Part shown: one piece after another, positions 16,958 to 25,420 of the stretch
Layout of the letters: every line of letters starts with the position of its first letter
Numbering within the stretch: position 1 is the stretch's first letter
Source of the DNA: Candidatus Poseidoniaceae archaeon
GTDB lineage: Archaea > Thermoplasmatota > Poseidoniia > Poseidoniales > Poseidoniaceae
NCBI GenBank assembly: GCA_964230915.1
Contig: CAXRJY010000218.1
Coordinates: 1-34,323 of the forward strand
Reading direction: 5' to 3'
Length of the DNA stretch: 34,323 nucleotides
Notes under the pieces: generated by a model
Told to the model about the DNA's origin: nothing
The model's database searches: none
Seen by the model: only the letters and a program-made list of their open reading frames with translations
Translations under genes and position numbers: made by a program

Positions 16958-17884
16958 ATGCCTCCTCTCGATGTGTTGGTAGTGGGCGTTGGCCGTTGGG
17001 GAGAACGGCATCTTGCAACTCTCAAGGAAATGCAAGATGATGAAGAAATTGGGAAATTGTACGCTTTTGACATTGACGATTCGCGGAAAGAGGCTGCCAA
17101 CCATCATGGTGCAATATGGTCAGCAAATATTCGCAGGGCTGGAATGGCAGCAATAGTTTCTACGAATTCAGCATCACATTTCGAAGTTGCTAGCAATTTG
17201 ATTGCAGAAGGAATACATGTATTGATTGAAAAACCGATGGCCGAGAATCTTGCAGATGCTAATGCTTTGATGAATGAAGCGATTGCAAATGAAGTTGTTA
17301 TTGAGACAGGGTTGCTTTTGAGACACCATCCTGCGATCAAACGTGCTCGTTTATTGATAGCAGAAGGCGGAATAGGACAAATCGAACGTATCCATTGCTC
17401 TAGGCATTCTTCTCGAAACGGAAGCGGTAATGAATCCATAATCGATGTATTAGCGATTCATTATCTCGATATTTGTTGCCATCTTCTTCACGAAGCAGAG
17501 CCAGACCAAATCACGGCCGACATTGAGAATCATTTAACGGGTACATCATGCAAGATAGCTATGGAATTCAAACCGGGCATTGAGGCATTCTGTGAAGTTT
17601 CGTGGGGTGCACAAGAAGAAATTAGGCGCTTGGAAATATCTGGAACTAAAGGATATATTGAAATTGATTTTTCAAAACATGATAGTTTGATCATCAGTGA
17701 CAAGGAGATTTCACTTAGTGAGTCGACAGCCCCTTTGAAGGCAGAATTGAGGAATTTTCTCTCTCAGATTTCTTCAGGAAGAGGCCAGATACCTGGGATT
17801 GGGCGCTCAGCATTGCGAAGCGTGTCTTGGAAAGACAGGGTCTTGATCAGTAATGCAGATGTGGCAGGGATGCAAGAGCATTGA
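16958..17884 (+). CDS. Gfo/Idh/MocA-family NAD(P)-dependent oxidoreductase
   Basis: The N-terminal dinucleotide fold is 'DVLVVGVGRWGERHL', and 'GIHVLIEKPMA' is the EKP family motif. ATG 16958 lies 8 nt after the upstream stop. An alternative GTG at 16946 would give a GTGA overlap with the upstream stop. Confidence 0.8.
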   Translation: MPPLDVLVVGVGRWGERHLATLKEMQDDEEIGKLYAFDIDDSRKEAANHHGAIWSANIRRAGMAAIVSTNSASHFEVASNLIAEGIHVLIEKPMAENLADANALMNEAIANEVVIETGLLLRHHPAIKRARLLIAEGGIGQIERIHCSRHSSRNGSGNESIIDVLAIHYLDICCHLLHEAEPDQITADIENHLTGTSCKIAMEFKPGIEAFCEVSWGAQEEIRRLEISGTKGYIEIDFSKHDSLIISDKEISLSESTAPLKAELRNFLSQISSGRGQIPGIGRSALRSVSWKDRVLISNADVAGMQEH

Positions 17885-17909
17885 ATAATCGTCAGCATCT
17901 CGCCGTTGT

Positions 17910-18254
17910 ATGCGCTGCTCCATGTGCTGCTACTTACTGGGCGGAGCCGCTCTTGCAGGTGTGATTGCAGGATGGCAATGGACTCTGATGACTGGCTTCT
18001 GGACTTGGATGGTTACTACGATTGCTTTGGTATTACTATGGACGGCACTGAATCTACAAACATTTTCTGAATCACTTGGTATCAATCCAATGAAGATCAG
18101 CTCATGGGTAGTATTCGTAATATTGTGCACTGCGTTCTATTTCATCTATCAATCAACATTCGAATTCCCCACAGTTCCTTCAATTATTCTTGGGGTAATT
18201 ACCGCAGGATCAGGTTGGTGGACGTATTACACTCTTGAACCAGCCAAGGCGTGA
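17910..18254 (+). CDS. Small polytopic membrane protein (about 4 TM helices), function unknown
   Basis: The 114-aa ORF is almost entirely hydrophobic and Trp-rich helices (LLGGAALAGVIAGWQW, WMVTTIALVLLWTAL, WVVFVILCTAFYFIY, IILGVITAGSGWW). Its stop overlaps the GTG at 18251 of the next ORF. Confidence 0.55.
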   Translation: MRCSMCCYLLGGAALAGVIAGWQWTLMTGFWTWMVTTIALVLLWTALNLQTFSESLGINPMKISSWVVFVILCTAFYFIYQSTFEFPTVPSIILGVITAGSGWWTYYTLEPAKA

Positions 18255-18256
18255 AG

Positions 18257-19612
18257 ATGATGGCTACATATGCAGATCATCCAGAGATTCCAGAAGCACT
18301 GGAAGATTTACTGAAAGAGGGAGTAAGCACAGTATTCCTGAAGGCGGATTGTACAGCAAGAGTGAAACAGGGCCACATTTCAGCAATCAGTCTTGATGAA
18401 ATAGAAGGAGAGGAGTGGAATACATCAGCCATACGCAGTCTAGTTGAAGCACTGGAAAGCATCGTGGAGAATAATTCCGAACGTTCAGATTGTTTTCTTG
18501 AAATAGATAGAAAGGGGTGCAAGGTTCTACAGATTGGAGATCTCAGAGTCACCTGCGCCTGGCCACCATTTTCAGACGCATATGAGATCACAATAGTTAG
18601 ACCAGTGGCTAAACTAAGCCTTCCAGATTATGAGTTACCCGAAGCCCTTCTCAAGCGGTTGGGAGACCACCATCGCGGCGTATTCATCTCCGGTCGCCCA
18701 GGCTCAGGAAAAACGACCCTGGCTCAGGCAATAGCCGAACATCTTGACGAAGAAGTTGGGGCGATGGTAAAAACGATGGAAGCCCCAAGGGATCTACAGT
18801 TATTACCACGAATCACACAATATGCTCCATTGGAGGGAGATCTAGAAAAAACCGCAGAAATAATCTTCCTTGTTCGCCCGGACTTCGTTATTTTCGATGA
18901 AGTTCGAAGAGCTAGAGATTTTGAGATATTTGCCGATGTACGTCTTGCCGGCGTTGGACTGCTGGGAGTGACTCATGCAAACTCAGCATTAGAAGCAATT
19001 CAGCGACTGATTGGAAAGGTCGAGTTGGGATTGGTGCCGCAGGTTCTTGATACAGTCCTCCATGTAGAAAAGGGAGAGATTTCACAAGTTCTTGAATTGA
19101 GGATGACGGTCAAACCCCCTTCTGGAATGCAGGAAGAACTAGCCCGTCCAGTGGTTGAGATTGTCCGGTTTCCCGACGGGAAAGTATTGTTCGAGATGTT
19201 CGCATTCGGCTCAGAGATTGCCGTGGTTCCAGTTGGAGATAAGGCCAATAAGAGCCCGATCTTGAAAATGGCCCGTGCCGAGATGACCAAAAGCCTCAGA
19301 AATTATCTTGGAATCAATGCATTGGAAGTCGATATTCAAAGTGAAAGAAATGCAACCATATATGTTCCAGACAGTATGATCGGTTCAGTTGTAGGGCAAG
19401 GTGGAGCAACGGTCAGAGAACTCGAAGAAGAATATGACCTCAGATTCCAGGTCAAGGGATTGAAAACCATACCACGGAATCTTGACCGCATTCCAGAGGA
19501 GCATGGCGGCTCTTGGGATATTCAGACTGAACGTTCCATGGGCGGAAGGCACTGGGAGCATCATGGTGGTTCAAACAAGAGTAAAAGGCGAAAGGGAAGA
19601 AAAAGACGCTGA
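18257..19612 (+). CDS. COG1855-type (PilT-like) ATPase with C-terminal KH domain, lacking the usual N-terminal PIN domain
   Basis: Walker A is 'GVFISGRPGSGKTTLAQAIAEHL'. Also present are 'VKTMEAPRDLQ', Walker B 'LVRPDFVIFDEVR', 'ADVRLAGVGLLGVTHAN', 'ELGLVPQVLDTV' and 'ELARPVVEI'. The KH GxxG is in 'MIGSVVGQGGATVRELEEEYDL'. The basic tail is 'NKSKRRKGRKRR'. Start is ATG 18257, or GTG 18251 overlapping the upstream stop. Confidence 0.75.
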   Translation: MMATYADHPEIPEALEDLLKEGVSTVFLKADCTARVKQGHISAISLDEIEGEEWNTSAIRSLVEALESIVENNSERSDCFLEIDRKGCKVLQIGDLRVTCAWPPFSDAYEITIVRPVAKLSLPDYELPEALLKRLGDHHRGVFISGRPGSGKTTLAQAIAEHLDEEVGAMVKTMEAPRDLQLLPRITQYAPLEGDLEKTAEIIFLVRPDFVIFDEVRRARDFEIFADVRLAGVGLLGVTHANSALEAIQRLIGKVELGLVPQVLDTVLHVEKGEISQVLELRMTVKPPSGMQEELARPVVEIVRFPDGKVLFEMFAFGSEIAVVPVGDKANKSPILKMARAEMTKSLRNYLGINALEVDIQSERNATIYVPDSMIGSVVGQGGATVRELEEEYDLRFQVKGLKTIPRNLDRIPEEHGGSWDIQTERSMGGRHWEHHGGSNKSKRRKGRKRR

Positions 19613-19645
19613 ATTATCCTCCGACGATTTGAAATCTAAATCCAC

Positions 19646-20080
19646 GTGTGCGACATCGTGGCAGCCGAAGTGACTCTGTTTCTTTCAGCCTCTGTAATCA
19701 GTGCGGCCAGCAATTTCACATCATGGCATTTTGTTTGGAGACATGAAAATCCAGATGAACAAAACCGAGATCTCAAGGACAAGTTATTCTGGATATTCTT
19801 CTCCTACCTTCTTCCATTCCTTCCATTCATGTTCGTGATGTTGGGAGATGATGGCACAGGTTCTATTGGGCCGATGCTGACAAAATGGTCGTTGAGCATT
19901 CTCTGTGCACTTCTCGGTGTGTTGATGTCCGGCCAAGCAATGTCTAGTTGGTCGTGGAAACAAAGGAACAAAGTTGATGCTTTACCAGAGACAGCAATGA
20001 AGCATTTCAATTGGACCTTGGGATTGACTACAGTGGCTGGTATCATTTGGCTGATGCTACTATTCTTTTTCGTTATTTGA
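19646..20080 (+). CDS. Small membrane protein (about 4 TM helices), function unknown
   Basis: 144-aa ORF with a GTG start 33 nt after the ATPase stop. Hydrophobic helices are VTLFLSASVISAAS, LFWIFFSYLLPFLPFMFVML, LSILCALLGVLM and LGLTTVAGIIWLMLLFFFVI. I recognise no family, and the start is uncertain. Confidence 0.5.
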   Translation: MCDIVAAEVTLFLSASVISAASNFTSWHFVWRHENPDEQNRDLKDKLFWIFFSYLLPFLPFMFVMLGDDGTGSIGPMLTKWSLSILCALLGVLMSGQAMSSWSWKQRNKVDALPETAMKHFNWTLGLTTVAGIIWLMLLFFFVI

Positions 20081-20132
20081 CAAACCCCTCCAGTCCGAGG
20101 GTTGATGAACAGTGTCGTGACGCCCGATATTG

Positions 20133-21722
20133 ATGACATCCGCTGATGGCAGTGGCAGAGCCCCTGTGGTCATTCTTACTGAGCAGAGCAATGTTACCAG
20201 TGGAATAGAGGTACAAGAAAAATTAGTATCAGCTGCATTAGCACTCGGGAATATCATCCGTAGCACCTTTGGTCCTCGCGGATTGGATAAGATGTTGTAC
20301 AAGAGTGATGGGAATACTGCCGTTACAAATGATGGGGCGAAAATAATTTCAGAGTTATTGATAAAACATCCAGCGGCCAAGGCATTGGTTTCACTAGGGC
20401 ATTCACAAGAGAGCACTTGTGGCGATGGAGTCACAGGATGTCTACTGTTTACTACCGAATTAATGAGGGAAGCTGGAAGATTATTGAAAAAGGGACTTCA
20501 TCCACTGATTATTATCGATGGCTGGCGCCAAGCTCTAGATGCTACACTCAGCGTAATCTCAGAAAGAAAATCTTCGATCGATCCAACAAGAATTTCTGCT
20601 GTCGCTGCAACCTCTTTGGTAGGAAAGGGTGCTGAAGGGGCTCTTGAAACATTTTCTTCATTGGTGGTTTCAGCAACCACGGAAGTCGTCGCTTCATTAC
20701 CTGAAGACATGGGCGTGATGGCAGAACATGTTCTCATGAGTAAGGCAAAACGTGGCTCCATGCACGATAGCAGACTGGTTAAGGGAGTGATAATTGAGAA
20801 GCGATTGACCAACGACAAGATTCCTCGTTATCTAGAATCTGTCCCAGTAGCATTGCTGACCTCCCCTCTTGAATTTGAAGGGCCGTCAAGAGACAGCGAA
20901 ATCGAGATCACAGACCCAGAACAATTCAGTGCATTCATCGATGCAGGTGAGAATTATCTCGAAAAGATATGTGAACAGATTATCTCCAGTGGAGCAAAAG
21001 CAGTATTCACAACAGGAGCAGTTGATCCAAGAGTCTTGCATTCATTATCTGAACAAGGTGTATTCGTTCTTTCCGATATGGACAATATTGAATTGAAGAA
21101 TATTTCAGGAGCGACAGGTGCAGAAATGGTTGATTTACTGAGAAGCTTGACCAAAGACGATCTAGGTGAAGCCGGTTTGATTCATGTTGAGAGAAGAGAT
21201 GGGGCTGAAGATATTGAAGAGAGAATCATCATCGATAATTGTCCACAACCAGCAATCGTTACCATTGAGGTAGGGGGTGCAAACGACCTTGCTACTGAAG
21301 AAGTGATCAGAGGATTGTTTGATTCTTTGAAAGCAACGACGCTTGCGCTCAGAGATGGCTTTGTAGTAAATGGCGGAGGTCATATTCATTGTAGCGCCGC
21401 CTTAGCGATTCGAGGTATTGCAGAAGGTTCAGGAGGAAGGGAAAGGTTGGCGATGGAATCATTTGCCAGAGCCCTGGAGACAATTCCTTTCACCCTGGCA
21501 AGTAATGCTGGTAAAGAAGGTCTTGATACACTTCTAGAACTACGCGCCACACTTCGCAATGAGCCACACTCAGTTGTTGGAATAATGTCAGATGGAGGGG
21601 TTGGGGATGTTGGAGATGTATTGATTCCTGCTGAATCTTTGATATCAGCGATAATAGGGGGCTTCGAAACCGCATCCAGTCTGCTGCGAGTTGATCAGGT
21701 AATTTCCGCTCGTGGAGACTGA
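20133..21722 (+). CDS. Group II chaperonin (thermosome/CCT-family) paralog with divergent nucleotide-binding motifs
   Basis: 'TFGPRGLDKML', 'AVTNDGAKIISELLIKHPAAKALV', 'LHPLIIIDGW', 'IPFTLASNAG' and 'LLRVDQVISA' are collinear with thermosome subunits. However, canonical GDGTTT reads 'GDGVTG' and canonical GGGA.E reads 'GGGHIH'. I used the first ATG, at 20133; the ORF track starts at TTG 20130. Confidence 0.8.
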   Translation: MTSADGSGRAPVVILTEQSNVTSGIEVQEKLVSAALALGNIIRSTFGPRGLDKMLYKSDGNTAVTNDGAKIISELLIKHPAAKALVSLGHSQESTCGDGVTGCLLFTTELMREAGRLLKKGLHPLIIIDGWRQALDATLSVISERKSSIDPTRISAVAATSLVGKGAEGALETFSSLVVSATTEVVASLPEDMGVMAEHVLMSKAKRGSMHDSRLVKGVIIEKRLTNDKIPRYLESVPVALLTSPLEFEGPSRDSEIEITDPEQFSAFIDAGENYLEKICEQIISSGAKAVFTTGAVDPRVLHSLSEQGVFVLSDMDNIELKNISGATGAEMVDLLRSLTKDDLGEAGLIHVERRDGAEDIEERIIIDNCPQPAIVTIEVGGANDLATEEVIRGLFDSLKATTLALRDGFVVNGGGHIHCSAALAIRGIAEGSGGRERLAMESFARALETIPFTLASNAGKEGLDTLLELRATLRNEPHSVVGIMSDGGVGDVGDVLIPAESLISAIIGGFETASSLLRVDQVISARGD

Positions 21723-21793
21723 TTTTCTGCCAACCTTCCAGCCAAAGACTTCATGACATTGATTCGGTGCGACATTCTTCATCGGGAAATGCC

Positions 21794-23443
21794 ATGACGG
21801 CAGGTCCAGAATCATTAATCCGGCGTCCGAGAGCACTGCTCTCGGTTTATGACAAGTCCGACGTAGTACAGTTAGGTGCTGCATTGGCAGATGCCGGCTT
21901 TGAATTACTTTCCACAGGAGGGACTGCTCGGGTACTCCGTGATGCTGGATTAGAAGTCGTGGACGTATCCGAAGTCACAGGCCACCCTGAGATATTTGAT
22001 GGAAGGGTGAAATCATTACATCCTGCAATTCATGGACCCTTGCTCGCCCGACTAGAAAAGAAAGAGGATGTAGAAGGGCTCGCTGAATTGGATTATTCTG
22101 CAATTCAAGTAGTGGCTGTGAATTTATACGCATTTTCAGAGGCTGCAGCACAGACTCCCCCTCTTGACGATCCCGAACTTTTGGAGATGATTGATATCGG
22201 GGGCCCAACATTGGTCAGAGCCAGTGCAAAAAATCATCGAAATGTGATAATCATGACATCACCGGAACAATACCCATCATTCATTTCGATGCTAAAACAA
22301 TTCAAAGGAGATGTATCTAACATTGATATCAATATACGGAGAGAATTTGCATTGTCTGCATTCCAACACACGGCAGAATACGATTCCGCAATTTCGGAAG
22401 AACTTCATGCTCGTTGGATAGGTTCTCCAGAAAACAGTTCTGAGATTGATGAACAAGCAAAACGTATGGCAGAGGCGATGAATATCAGTGCGAATTTGGG
22501 ATTCACACTTAGATACGGAGAGAATAGCCATCAAGCCGCTGCTCTTTATTCAAACACTGGTGATATTTCCAAAACTCTTGTTGGTGCTTTAGTTGAAGGT
22601 GGCAAAGATATGTCATACAACAATTATTCAGATGCTGACGCATGTCTCCGACTATGCCGATCTCTTTCCACCGATGAGTGGCCAGATACGCCCCATGCTT
22701 GTGTTATTGTAAAGCACAACAACCCTTGTGGCGCCGCTCTCGGCTCAACACAGTTGGAAGCATTTACTGCTGCTTTGGCCAGCGACCCAGAATCAGCATT
22801 CGGCTCAATCATCTGTTTCAATGAACGTCTTCAGATTGAAACTGCTGAGGCCATGCGTTCGTTATTCATCGAGGTATTGATGGCTCCAGCATACGAGGAT
22901 GAAGCCAAGACGATCATTATGGAGAAAAAGAATCGTAGATTATTGACAATCAATTCGACTGATGACAGATTAGAAGCATTGGAACGAAGATTGGTCAGAA
23001 AATCAATCGAAGGCGGTTGGTTGGTACAGACTGAAGAGCCCCCAGTTATTGATTGGGATAAGGCAAAAGTCGTGTCTAAGATTCAACCCACTGAAAAACA
23101 ATTGAATGCAATGAAATTTGCAGTCAGGGTTTGTGAACAGGTCAAATCCAATGCAATAGTCATCGTTGATGGTACTGCTACCATTGGGATTGGCCCCGGT
23201 CAGACCAGTAGGGTTGAAGCGGTAAGAATAGCATCCAGAAGAGCGGGTGAAAGAGCCAATGGAGCAGTCTTGGCTAGCGATGCATTCTTCCCCTTCAAGG
23301 ATGGAATCGAACAAGCAGCCGAAGCAGGAGTATCAGCAATAGTTCAACCAGGAGGCAGTATACGTGATGGTGAAGTCATCGAAGAGGCTGATGCCAAGGG
23401 CATGACAATGTTGTTCACTGGACAAAGGCTGTTCAGACATTGA
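21794..23443 (+). CDS. purH: Bifunctional AICAR transformylase / IMP cyclohydrolase
   Basis: 'ALLSVYDKSDVVQLGAALADAGFELLSTGGTARVLRDAGLEVVDVSEVTGHPEIFDGRVKSLHPAIHG' is the MGS-like cyclohydrolase domain. 'VIVKHNNPCGAA', 'SDAFFPFKDG' and the C-terminal 'TGQRLFRH' are also present. Start chosen at ATG 21794 (MTAGPES...). Confidence 0.9.
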   Translation: MTAGPESLIRRPRALLSVYDKSDVVQLGAALADAGFELLSTGGTARVLRDAGLEVVDVSEVTGHPEIFDGRVKSLHPAIHGPLLARLEKKEDVEGLAELDYSAIQVVAVNLYAFSEAAAQTPPLDDPELLEMIDIGGPTLVRASAKNHRNVIIMTSPEQYPSFISMLKQFKGDVSNIDINIRREFALSAFQHTAEYDSAISEELHARWIGSPENSSEIDEQAKRMAEAMNISANLGFTLRYGENSHQAAALYSNTGDISKTLVGALVEGGKDMSYNNYSDADACLRLCRSLSTDEWPDTPHACVIVKHNNPCGAALGSTQLEAFTAALASDPESAFGSIICFNERLQIETAEAMRSLFIEVLMAPAYEDEAKTIIMEKKNRRLLTINSTDDRLEALERRLVRKSIEGGWLVQTEEPPVIDWDKAKVVSKIQPTEKQLNAMKFAVRVCEQVKSNAIVIVDGTATIGIGPGQTSRVEAVRIASRRAGERANGAVLASDAFFPFKDGIEQAAEAGVSAIVQPGGSIRDGEVIEEADAKGMTMLFTGQRLFRH

Positions 23444-23902
23444 TTATGCAGCAGTAGGGATTTTCCATCCCACATACCATGTTCCAATTAGTCCAACAAT
23501 TGCTACAATACTTTGCCCAAATCCAGGGTCTCCAGCGATAGTGATTGCCCAGATTGACAGAGAGATGGCCGTCCACATCAACCCAATTATGAAGACCTTT
23601 GATACAAATGGGATACCTTTGCCTTCGATGAAATCTCGGATATAATGCCCGAATAGTGGATTGTTGAGTAACCATGAGTACATTTTCGGATCTGATTTAG
23701 CGAAACATACTGCTGCTAGAACCATGAATGAAGTAGTAGGGATGCCAGGAATATAGATTCCAATCGTCCCAAGGCCGACAAATAGGAAACCAAAACCTTT
23801 CCACATCCAACGAATTATTGGATTAGAAGAAATATTGACCATTTCTTCAGCGGAGATTTCCGCGACATCATCTTCAGCCATGAATCCCATTTCTTCCGCC
23901 AT
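23444..23902 (-). CDS. DUF454/YbaN-family inner-membrane protein with acidic N-terminal extension
   Basis: 'GLGTIGIYIPGIPTTSFMVLAAVCFAKSDPKMYSWLLNNPLFGHYIRDF' is the characteristic YbaN/DUF454 block, followed by two more TM helices. Its stop is back-to-back with the purH stop (23443|23444). Confidence 0.7.
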   Translation of the reverse strand: MAEEMGFMAEDDVAEISAEEMVNISSNPIIRWMWKGFGFLFVGLGTIGIYIPGIPTTSFMVLAAVCFAKSDPKMYSWLLNNPLFGHYIRDFIEGKGIPFVSKVFIIGLMWTAISLSIWAITIAGDPGFGQSIVAIVGLIGTWYVGWKIPTAA

Positions 23903-23991
23903 GCATACTGCACATGAGGTTTCGTGTCAATCATACTGCCGTATTCTGCGAAGGCCTCATCAATATCTTCGGGTCAGACATTAACATAGGG

Positions 23992-24624
23992 ATGTCAATG
24001 ACCTTTCAACTTCCTCGCAAGGCAAGTTCGGAAGACCCACTTAGGTTGGCTATTTTGATTTCTGGTTCCGGCTCTGGAATGGCAGCATTACTCAAACACC
24101 AACAAATCAATTCTGGATTAAGCCATATCACCACAGTGGTCATTTCTAACAAAGAGGGAGTTGGTGGCTTACAGAAAGCAGAGGATGGAGGGGTTGAAGC
24201 AATTACAATCTGTTCAAGAACAACACCTGAAAGAGAGGAACATGAGAGATTGATCCACACTGCTCTTGTTGAACGCAATATCGAGGCAGTGATTCTTTCT
24301 GGTTATATGCGATTGTTCACACCATGGTTCGTTGAGCAATGGGAAGGCCGGATGCTGAATATCCATCCTAGTTTATTACCCGACTTTCCGGGTGCACACG
24401 CCCATCGCGATGTTATTGCAGCAGGCGCTTCAATCACTGGATGTACAGTGCATTTCGTTGACTCAGGAATGGATAGTGGGGTGATAATCTCACAACGGGA
24501 AGTACCAGTTCATGCGGGCGATGATGAAAAGACTCTGCAAGAGAGGGTGAAAAAAATAGAGCATCTACTCTATCCAGAAGTCATAGATTCCTTTGCTGAA
24601 GGTCGGTTAGATATTGTTCTTTGA
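23992..24624 (+). CDS. purN: Phosphoribosylglycinamide formyltransferase
   Basis: 'RLAILISGSGSGMAALL', 'NIHPSLLPDFPGAHAHRDVIAAGASITGCTVHFVDSGMDSGVIISQ' (N/H/D catalytic context) and 'QERVKKIEHLLYPEVI'. I chose ATG 23992, since the 23914 start adds an implausible leader. The 3' end overlaps mobA by 44 nt. Confidence 0.9.
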   Translation: MSMTFQLPRKASSEDPLRLAILISGSGSGMAALLKHQQINSGLSHITTVVISNKEGVGGLQKAEDGGVEAITICSRTTPEREEHERLIHTALVERNIEAVILSGYMRLFTPWFVEQWEGRMLNIHPSLLPDFPGAHAHRDVIAAGASITGCTVHFVDSGMDSGVIISQREVPVHAGDDEKTLQERVKKIEHLLYPEVIDSFAEGRLDIVL

Positions 24625-25171
24625 GATCGTTCATATCTTCTGGAGAATTGATATTGAGCATCATGTCTCCATCTACCAATATTTCATTATGAGAAAGAGA
24701 AGTCACTAAGGAATGAATGTTGAAATTTCCCCCATTCTCTCTTAATGCTTTGAGGAAAGCGCCAGTCCTTACAAGAGCATGTAAAGGGTGAATCCCAGCC
24801 TCAGTACGCGGTACACAACAATCAGCATCCACCAATCCACGCTTCAATTCCATGAACACATCAGAGTTGACGAGTGGCGTATCGCAAGGGCTGAATTGAA
24901 CAAGTTCGAAACCATTTTCTGCAGCGAACAACAATCCAGGAAACAGACCGGCTCGAGGCCCAACATGATTTTCTGAATCTGCAATCAATGGGTACATGGA
25001 TACATCATCAGGCAATACATTCTCTCCTGCTGCAATAGCAATCATGGCACAATCGCGTAATGATTGTGTTGCCAGTGCCAGCAAAGAGAAACCGGCTACT
25101 TCCATTGCCAATTTATCCTGACCCATTCTGCTGGATTTGCCTCCAGCCAGAATCAGCCCCAGAACCCTCAT
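24581..25171 (-). CDS. mobA: Molybdenum cofactor guanylyltransferase (MobA-like NTP transferase)
   Basis: 'MRVLGLILAGGKSSRMGQDKL' (GGxSxRMGxDK), 'VGPRAGL' and 'FSPCDTPLV'. Start is at ATG 25171, 4 nt downstream of the stop of the preceding 77-aa ORF. Confidence 0.8.
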   Translation of the reverse strand: MRVLGLILAGGKSSRMGQDKLAMEVAGFSLLALATQSLRDCAMIAIAAGENVLPDDVSMYPLIADSENHVGPRAGLFPGLLFAAENGFELVQFSPCDTPLVNSDVFMELKRGLVDADCCVPRTEAGIHPLHALVRTGAFLKALRENGGNFNIHSLVTSLSHNEILVDGDMMLNINSPEDMNDLKEQYLTDLQQRNL

Positions 25172-25175
25172 CCCA

Positions 25176-25409
25176 TCACCTGGATTGTAATTCAGAAAGT
25201 TTGGACATCGCTGAATCCAATTCCTCACTCAATATCCGAACTCTTTCCAACAATACCTTTCTTTCACGGATTGAGTTAACAGATGGTAGCCATTCAAGCA
25301 ATCTTCTCATGTCCAAAGCATCCCTTTCGATAGTCCAAATCAGAACCTCTTCCAACACCGGGTCGTCAGAGGGTAGGAATCTCTCAACCATCATTCTCCG
25401 GTTGACCAT
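25176..25409 (-). CDS. Hypothetical small helical protein (77 aa)
   Basis: The ORF is packed between two genes on the same strand (gaps of 11 and 4 nt). It has a predicted helical, heptad-like C-terminus 'RKVLLERVRILSEELDSAMSKLSELQ'. I recognise no family. Confidence 0.5.
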   Translation of the reverse strand: MVNRRMMVERFLPSDDPVLEEVLIWTIERDALDMRRLLEWLPSVNSIRERKVLLERVRILSEELDSAMSKLSELQSR

Positions 25410-25420
25410 TCAGGACTTCA

